From: an uncultured delta proteobacterium
GTDB taxonomy: Bacteria; Bdellovibrionota; FAC87; UBA2466
Length of the DNA: 64,000 nucleotides
Assembly: GCA_963778115.1 (NCBI GenBank)
Contig: CAVZSV010000004.1
Span: 2,720,001 to 2,784,000, forward strand
Direction of reading: 5' to 3'
Below, piece after piece: positions 58,590-64,000 of the stretch (the first letter of the stretch is position 1; the number at the start of each line of letters is the position of its first letter). The notes under the pieces were generated by a model. The model had not been told where the DNA came from. It did not search any database and worked only from the letters and a program-made list of their open reading frames with translations. The translations under genes were made by a program, and so were the position numbers.

Positions 58590-59007
58590 ACTCCATCTCT
58601 CCTTTCTTACAACTTTCGCACGGAATTGTTTCCGCTACTTTTCCAAATTCTGATGCTTCGGCAAGAACCATTGTCTCGGCGTCACAATCATCACAAACAT
58701 AAGGAATATAGACCGAAGCTACCTGGGCTTGTCCTAAAAAGCTGGGAACCATGTTCAGCTGGCGTACGATGTGAGGAGGACATTCTTCATAGATTACTTG
58801 GAGCCCAGAGATGTCTTTCATGAAATTCACCCAGCTTCTTACTCCGCAGGAATTGATGGAGGTCACACCTTTGAAATTAAAATGAATCGGGCTTCCGAGC
58901 TTTCCTAATTGTTCGAACGTAGTGTCCTCATCGATGATCCCGCGCAGGAGAACTACTTTCGAGTCTCCGCGAATCACCTGTTCAAATTTAAATTTATCAT
59001 TTTGCAT
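58549..59007 (-). CDS. STAS-like anti-anti-sigma-type protein with a C-terminal CxxC-CxxC ribbon
   Basis: L.G.IDE, V..INSCGVR.W (phospho-Ser position), YVCDDC...CESC. Confidence 0.75.
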   Translation of the reverse strand: MQNDKFKFEQVIRGDSKVVLLRGIIDEDTTFEQLGKLGSPIHFNFKGVTSINSCGVRSWVNFMKDISGLQVIYEECPPHIVRQLNMVPSFLGQAQVASVYIPYVCDDCDAETMVLAEASEFGKVAETIPCESCKKGEMEFDGHPQQYFAFRR

Positions 59008-59740
59008 TTGAGGAGCCTTTCTCGAAATAATTAAAAGAGAAAAAGTTGGGATCCAGAGATCTCGTGTCATTCAACCAGCAAGAGACGGTGGTATTGTGGC
59101 CTTTATCGATTTCCACTTTAAGGTGAGTTGCCAGTTCGAAGACCATATAAAGGCCGAGGCCCGCTCCCCCCTCTTTGCCAGAGATCTGTTGTCCGGAATC
59201 GCCGTAACAGCGCAAAAACGATTGAGCCACATCTTCAAAAGAGAAATTTCCGCCCTTGTCCTGTAGAGATAGATAAATTCCGCTGCGTTGAGCGGAATGT
59301 TTAAGAATTAATTTTTCCCTGCGGTCGAGATTCGCCGGAAGGTGACGCGGATATTTCGGCGATCTGTCAGCACGCAAATACGAGTGGAAAAGCGCGTTGG
59401 TCAATAGCTCTTCCAGTACCGAGGTTATCCTATCATTAAGATCACGCCGGGCGTGAGGACTGCCTGCTTCCAAAACGGTCTCGATGACCTTAGTTCTTTG
59501 GTTGCTACTGGAGATTTCAATTTGATTGGCCTCTAGGAATTCCCACGGAAAGGGGGTGGGGGTGCCTGTGGCAATGGCGTCTTTGGTAATCTTTGCGAGT
59601 GAATCTCTTTCTCCGAGCGAAGACGAATGCACGTGGCGAACGCCGGAGGAAATAAGCCCGGAAGCCTCTTTCTTGGAGAATAGTCCGCAGGACAACGTCT
59701 CCTCAGTTACTAAGAGTCTCTTTTTTGCCGTTGCGATCAT
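58997..59740 (-). CDS. HATPase-fold Ser kinase (RsbW/anti-sigma-like)
   Basis: EELLTNALFH N-box, D.GG, GAGLGLYMV; no HisKA domain. Confidence 0.75.
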   Translation of the reverse strand: MIATAKKRLLVTEETLSCGLFSKKEASGLISSGVRHVHSSSLGERDSLAKITKDAIATGTPTPFPWEFLEANQIEISSSNQRTKVIETVLEAGSPHARRDLNDRITSVLEELLTNALFHSYLRADRSPKYPRHLPANLDRREKLILKHSAQRSGIYLSLQDKGGNFSFEDVAQSFLRCYGDSGQQISGKEGGAGLGLYMVFELATHLKVEIDKGHNTTVSCWLNDTRSLDPNFFSFNYFEKGSSNAK

Positions 59741-59754
59741 TAGAACTCGTTCGT

Positions 59755-61743
59755 TTAAGCTGCGTTCGAACCCTTTTCTTCTTTTGGCCTTTTCAGCGTT
59801 GCTATTGAACTCATCGTCTTCTTCAGCGTAATCAGTACGAAAGTAATATCATCTTCGGGTACGACCCCTTGGATGTGAGCGTTCAATGCGGTCACCAACT
59901 GCTGCTTCACGTCATTGGGGGCGGATAACACTGCTTTTACGAGCGCCTTTTTAAGACTTCTTTCGCCCCATTCCTTGCTGTCTTGGTTTCTCGCCTCGGT
60001 GACTCCATCGGTATAGAGCAAGAGCGTATCCCCACTAGACATTTGGTAGTTAACCGATTCATATTCAGAGTTTGGATCGAACCCCAGACGCTCTCCCCTT
60101 GCAAATAAAACCTCGGCAGTCTGCTTGGCTGGCTTATCGGCTTTTTCGGTTTGTGAGATTAAGTGGCTTCCCCTTACTACCAGCGGAGCTTCATGACCCG
60201 CACTGCCTACCGTCAACTCTCCTGTTTCGAGATCAAGTTGAATGATACACATGGTCATTAGCAACTTGCCTTTGCATGCGGCAGAAAGAATCGAATTCAA
60301 CGTGGTAAGCAGCTGTACCGGGCTCAGGGGAGTTCCCGAATAGATCGCGTTTAAGGTATCAAAGCAGCTCTTAATGACGGCGGTCACGATCGCCGCGGGG
60401 GCTCCATGACCCGTGGCATCACCGATGATCACGGTGAGAATATTCCCGTCTAGTCGAGTATCCCAAATGTCGCCGCCGCATTCGGTTGCAGGCTGATAGT
60501 AACAAGCGCATTGTACTGCGTCGGTATTCAGTTCTGGAGTTGCTAGCAAAGTCGATTGGACGAGTCTTGCGGTTTCCAATTCATCTTCCATGCGCGCTTT
60601 TTGGGCGGACTCAGCCACCAGTTCTCGGAGTCGCTTTGCCATCCAGCGGAAGCTCTGAGCCACAGCTTGAAGTTCGTCATTGGAATGGATAACCAGATCT
60701 CCTTTTAAATTTCCAGCACCGATAGTTTCAGCGGCGTGTTTCAATTTTTCGATATTTTTTCCTAGTCGGGCTGCGAACAAGATGCTGGCGATGATGGCAA
60801 TGCAAATAATCAGAGCCGCGATGAGAATACTTTTTTCCATCAAAAGATTTAATGCCAGGTAGGCGTCGCTCTTTTTGATCTGTGAAACGACATAAATTCC
60901 TTTAAAACCTGTTTCGCTTAAGTTGCAAAGATAGGCTTCATGATCGATTTCCAACTCAAAACTTTCTCTTGGAAAATGGTGCTTCTTTAAGCGTTCCACG
61001 ATCGGATGGGGGAAAACCGTGTTGGAATACATGATCGTGGGTTGAAGTAAGGAATGGCTAAGTAAAGTTCCTTCTTCAGTGATCAAGAAAAGTTGGGCTA
61101 CATCGGATTGATTCAACTTAGCGCGCAAAAAGTTTTGCATCAAGTCCACGGAGATAATCACTTCTTTGGAATCGCCTTCGATGAAGTTTCCCGGTAACAT
61201 GAAATTAAGAACTGCCAAATCTGAAGAAAATCCATTTCTATCGACGTGAATGGAACGATTGAGTAATTTTAGTTCTGGCTTGTCCGCAAAGGCCTCTAGT
61301 GGCAAAGGATGCTTCTTGTCGATCTGATCTAAGTCGCTCGCTACTAACTGCTTCTTTTCCAGCAGTGTCGTGTTCTTGTAATCGCGAATGAGATCGAAAG
61401 AGGTGGGAGAGGTTCTGCGGTAAAAGCGGATGCGCAGCAATTCATCCGGTAGGTGATCGGACAAACCTTCGAATGCGCTTGTGGTTTGATCGTTGGGATC
61501 GCCACGATAAATGCGCGGAATTAAGATCTGAAGCTCATCCAATCGAGATCGCATTTCCAATTTCAATTCGCTGGTAGCGGCGCGCAGCAAAGTTAAGTTC
61601 AGATCCATGACGAACAGACGTTTATCTTCAGAGAAAATTTGGTTGGTGAGATAAAAGAACACACCGATGGCGGAAAGCGTGATGAGCAGAAGTACAGAAA
61701 GGAATTTGTACTTCAGCGGTATGATGAGATCGCGAAAAGCCAT
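59755..61743 (-). CDS. Membrane sensor-HAMP-SpoIIE/PP2C phosphatase
   Basis: 2 TM flanking a periplasmic domain, HAMP (SNDEL..V...F), GGD, GDATGHG, YTDGVTEA, DDIT. Confidence 0.92.
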   Translation of the reverse strand: MAFRDLIIPLKYKFLSVLLLITLSAIGVFFYLTNQIFSEDKRLFVMDLNLTLLRAATSELKLEMRSRLDELQILIPRIYRGDPNDQTTSAFEGLSDHLPDELLRIRFYRRTSPTSFDLIRDYKNTTLLEKKQLVASDLDQIDKKHPLPLEAFADKPELKLLNRSIHVDRNGFSSDLAVLNFMLPGNFIEGDSKEVIISVDLMQNFLRAKLNQSDVAQLFLITEEGTLLSHSLLQPTIMYSNTVFPHPIVERLKKHHFPRESFELEIDHEAYLCNLSETGFKGIYVVSQIKKSDAYLALNLLMEKSILIAALIICIAIIASILFAARLGKNIEKLKHAAETIGAGNLKGDLVIHSNDELQAVAQSFRWMAKRLRELVAESAQKARMEDELETARLVQSTLLATPELNTDAVQCACYYQPATECGGDIWDTRLDGNILTVIIGDATGHGAPAAIVTAVIKSCFDTLNAIYSGTPLSPVQLLTTLNSILSAACKGKLLMTMCIIQLDLETGELTVGSAGHEAPLVVRGSHLISQTEKADKPAKQTAEVLFARGERLGFDPNSEYESVNYQMSSGDTLLLYTDGVTEARNQDSKEWGERSLKKALVKAVLSAPNDVKQQLVTALNAHIQGVVPEDDITFVLITLKKTMSSIATLKRPKEEKGSNAA

Positions 61744-61774
61744 AAACGGAAAACGGCAATGTTCTCCGAAAAAC

Positions 61775-61802
61775 TTATCGGCCGAAATCTAATAAAGGTT
61801 GA
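61775..61802 (-). promoter_or_regulatory. Possible sigma28 (FliA) promoter
   Basis: Perfect -10 GCCGATAA on the - strand, 32 bp upstream of the ATG; TCAA 16 bp further upstream. Confidence 0.45.
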
Positions 61803-61854
61803 AAAGAATTAAGAAAATCGCCAGTTGAATAGTAGGCGTTACGTAATAAAGCCG

Positions 61855-62190
61855 TTAGGGTTTGAGGTACTGCCAGTTTCTAAATATGCCCAGTCCGTCA
61901 TATTCAGCGCGCACCACGTCATAATATTCGTAAGGGGAAAGATCGGGACCGAGTAGCGTCTTTTGACTCGCTGCAGGAATCGGATCATTTCTTCCGAATG
62001 CGGTGCGGTATTCACATTTCTCTCCTTCTCCCGCTTTTTCGCAAGAGACCGGCCTACCCAAGATTCGATCGACGTCTGCTCTTTTCCCCTGACCCAGCAG
62101 GGGGTCTAAAGCCGACTGGTAGCGGCGGACCCTAGGTTGCACACAGCTCGTTAGCGCAAGGAGGCAAAGGGAAAAGAAGAACCATTTCAT
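61855..62190 (-). CDS. Small lipoprotein
   Basis: MKWFFFSLCLLALTS|C lipobox; V.RILG.P motif. Confidence 0.75.
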   Translation of the reverse strand: MKWFFFSLCLLALTSCVQPRVRRYQSALDPLLGQGKRADVDRILGRPVSCEKAGEGEKCEYRTAFGRNDPIPAASQKTLLGPDLSPYEYYDVVRAEYDGLGIFRNWQYLKP

Positions 62191-62213
62191 CGAAAAAGTA
62201 TACCACGACATAA

Positions 62214-63173
62214 TCAAGCGGGATTCAGCTCCAAAGGGGAGGCCCAAGGCGGATCCCGCCAAAAACTCCAGGCCGGCTGGTTGTAGCGGGGAAAAGAGAG
62301 CTCGCTGGAAAATAGCGCAATGCGCTCCCCCTTTTCCTGAGGTTCATATTTTTCGACAGAGCCATAAAGGCGGTCGCCGAGTAGGGGAGAGCCCAAAGCG
62401 GCAAGCTGCGCTCTGATCTGATGCGTTCTTCCGGTATGGAGTTCTACTTTCACCTCAAAAGCATGTCCCAGCGGATGGACTTCGTGAAGCGTCAATTCAC
62501 AACGCTGCCACCCCTTTTTCTCTATGGGACTCACTATTTTAGGAGCGCGCGGGCCCGGTTCCATGAAGTGAACGTGTTTGCCTGAAGGAAGGCTTAAGGG
62601 GACAAGGGCTCGATAAAACTTAGTGACCTTTCTTTCGAGCAGCCATTGGTTGAATCTTTTTTGGAAAGACGCTGTCTTGGCAAAGAGCATGACCCCTCCA
62701 ACAGGGATGTCCAGCCGGTTGGTCACTAATAAATCATATCCGGTATACTCTCGCAGTTGGTGGAGGGCATTATCGATAGCGTTATCGACAGTCGCATGGA
62801 CAGGAATTCCCGCGGGTTTTTGAAACACCAAAAATTCATTTTCATCCGCGATAAGGGTACTTCTCCAGTCGATTTGGCGCGCGGGAAATCGCTTAGGTTT
62901 TAAATGAATTCGTAGATAGTTCCCTTTGGAAAGAGGCCTGTCATCAAAAACTCTTTTCTTGTCCGAATAGATAGCTCCCAGGTGGAGGAGTTCGCCTATG
63001 CGCTCTGGCGGGAGGCGGAAGTGGTCGACCAGTACTTTAGCGACGGTACTAGGTTCTCCGGCAATGAAGTGCTTAATGCGGAGATGGGAGCTACCGCTAT
63101 TTCCCGCGTCGCTGCGAAAATCCATGTCTTCGTGTAACACGGCCCTAAGTGAGGGAGATACCAAAAAAGCCAT
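62214..63173 (-). CDS. RluA family pseudouridine synthase
   Basis: KPAGIPVH, RLD, Y.ALV, TGRTHQIR, GDRLYG. Confidence 0.92.
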   Translation of the reverse strand: MAFLVSPSLRAVLHEDMDFRSDAGNSGSSHLRIKHFIAGEPSTVAKVLVDHFRLPPERIGELLHLGAIYSDKKRVFDDRPLSKGNYLRIHLKPKRFPARQIDWRSTLIADENEFLVFQKPAGIPVHATVDNAIDNALHQLREYTGYDLLVTNRLDIPVGGVMLFAKTASFQKRFNQWLLERKVTKFYRALVPLSLPSGKHVHFMEPGPRAPKIVSPIEKKGWQRCELTLHEVHPLGHAFEVKVELHTGRTHQIRAQLAALGSPLLGDRLYGSVEKYEPQEKGERIALFSSELSFPRYNQPAWSFWRDPPWASPLELNPA

Positions 63174-63236
63174 CGTGTTAGGCGAAGCATTCCGGCCGGC
63201 TTCCCTTCTGCCTGGGATTGGGTCAGGATAACAAGC

Positions 63237-64000
63237 ATGTTACCCAATAGTTATATAGATGCGCACTGCCACCTTGCGGATCCAAGACTTTCCTCGTCTT
63301 TAGAAGTGTCTTTGGAGGCGGCTAAGCGGGTTGGGATTTCTAGCTGGGTCCAGGGGGGAATCGATCCCAACGATTGGCAGAGGCAGTTGGCACTTCGAGA
63401 GAAGTTTGGCTCTTCTATCATCTTATGTTTCGGTCTTCATCCTTGGTGGGTTGCAGGCTCCAGCGAGAGTCAAAGAGATGAGGCCATGGTCGAACTCTCA
63501 AAGCAGCTCCCGAAAGCGGATGCTATCGGCGAACTGGGACTGGATTTTCTGCCAAAGCATGGCAGTGTGGAGAGCCGTCACCAACAAGTTATCCTATTCG
63601 AAAAACAACTTCGGCTCGCCAACCAATATTACAAACCCATGGTACTGCACGTGGTTCAGGCTCATGCGGAAGCGTTAGACGTTTTGCGCCGGCAAGGACC
63701 TTTCCCCCGAGGAGGGATAGTGCACGCATTCACAGGTTCTTTTGAAGTTGCTCGAGAGTATCTCGAGTTGGGTTTGGTCATCTCTGTGGGAGGGGCGGTG
63801 ACTCGGCCCGGGTACCGCGCAGTAAAGGCCGCTATTCCCTTGCTCCCTCCGGAGGGAATTGTTATTGAAACCGATGCTCCAGACCAAAAACCGTTTGGGG
63901 ATGTGGGAGCGTTTAATGAGCCTTCGAACTTGGTCCCGATAGCCGCTGCTGTGGCAAAACTTAGATCGGAGTCAACGGAAGCTGTCTTGGGAAGAAGCTC
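63237..64000 (+). CDS. TatD family hydrolase (partial, runs off the window)
   Basis: IDAHCHL, GLHPW, AIGELGLDF, LHVVQAH, VHAFTGS, IETDAP, NEP. Confidence 0.92.
   Translation, partial: MLPNSYIDAHCHLADPRLSSSLEVSLEAAKRVGISSWVQGGIDPNDWQRQLALREKFGSSIILCFGLHPWWVAGSSESQRDEAMVELSKQLPKADAIGELGLDFLPKHGSVESRHQQVILFEKQLRLANQYYKPMVLHVVQAHAEALDVLRRQGPFPRGGIVHAFTGSFEVAREYLELGLVISVGGAVTRPGYRAVKAAIPLLPPEGIVIETDAPDQKPFGDVGAFNEPSNLVPIAAAVAKLRSESTEAVLGRS

Overview
Bacterial chromosomal window, gene-dense, with no rRNA, tRNA, CRISPR array, transposase or phage gene that I can recognise. Gene content points to a Bdellovibrionota-like organism (inference). 1-16.8 kb is a patchwork of accessory genes: ABC-2 permeases, a HAD hydrolase with an in-frame 11x12-bp tandem repeat, VOC, Ada/AlkA-Ogt, prolyl oligopeptidase, GNATs, LysE, an FAD oxidoreductase and small stress-type genes, several preceded by sigma54 -24/-12 motifs. 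16.8-25.1 kb is a CusRS-like two-component system with TolC and an RND pump but no adaptor gene. It carries four 11-bp-periodic regulator-box arrays, an unannotated 45-aa lipoprotein and a divergent outer-membrane barrel. 25-33 kb holds orphans, TetR, a subtilase and an alpha/beta hydrolase. The 836-bp gap at 32418-33253 contains a near-consensus sigma54 promoter firing into a G-rich repeat tract followed by strong hairpins; this candidate novel ncRNA is the top lead. 33-43.5 kb holds a class V aminotransferase, GT2, ychF-pth-rplY-prs, a ferredoxin and a fused GltD/PyrK (Nfn-like) flavoprotein. 43.8-54.7 kb is a Tad/Flp pilus operon ending in a toxin-less YD-repeat protein, as in the Bdellovibrio hit locus. 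55-64 kb holds an S41 protease, a small Zn-ribbon protein, a PP2C-kinase-STAS-diguanylate cyclase partner-switch operon (SiaABCD-like logic), an RluA-family synthase and a partial TatD. All calls come from motif reading by eye; no searches were run.
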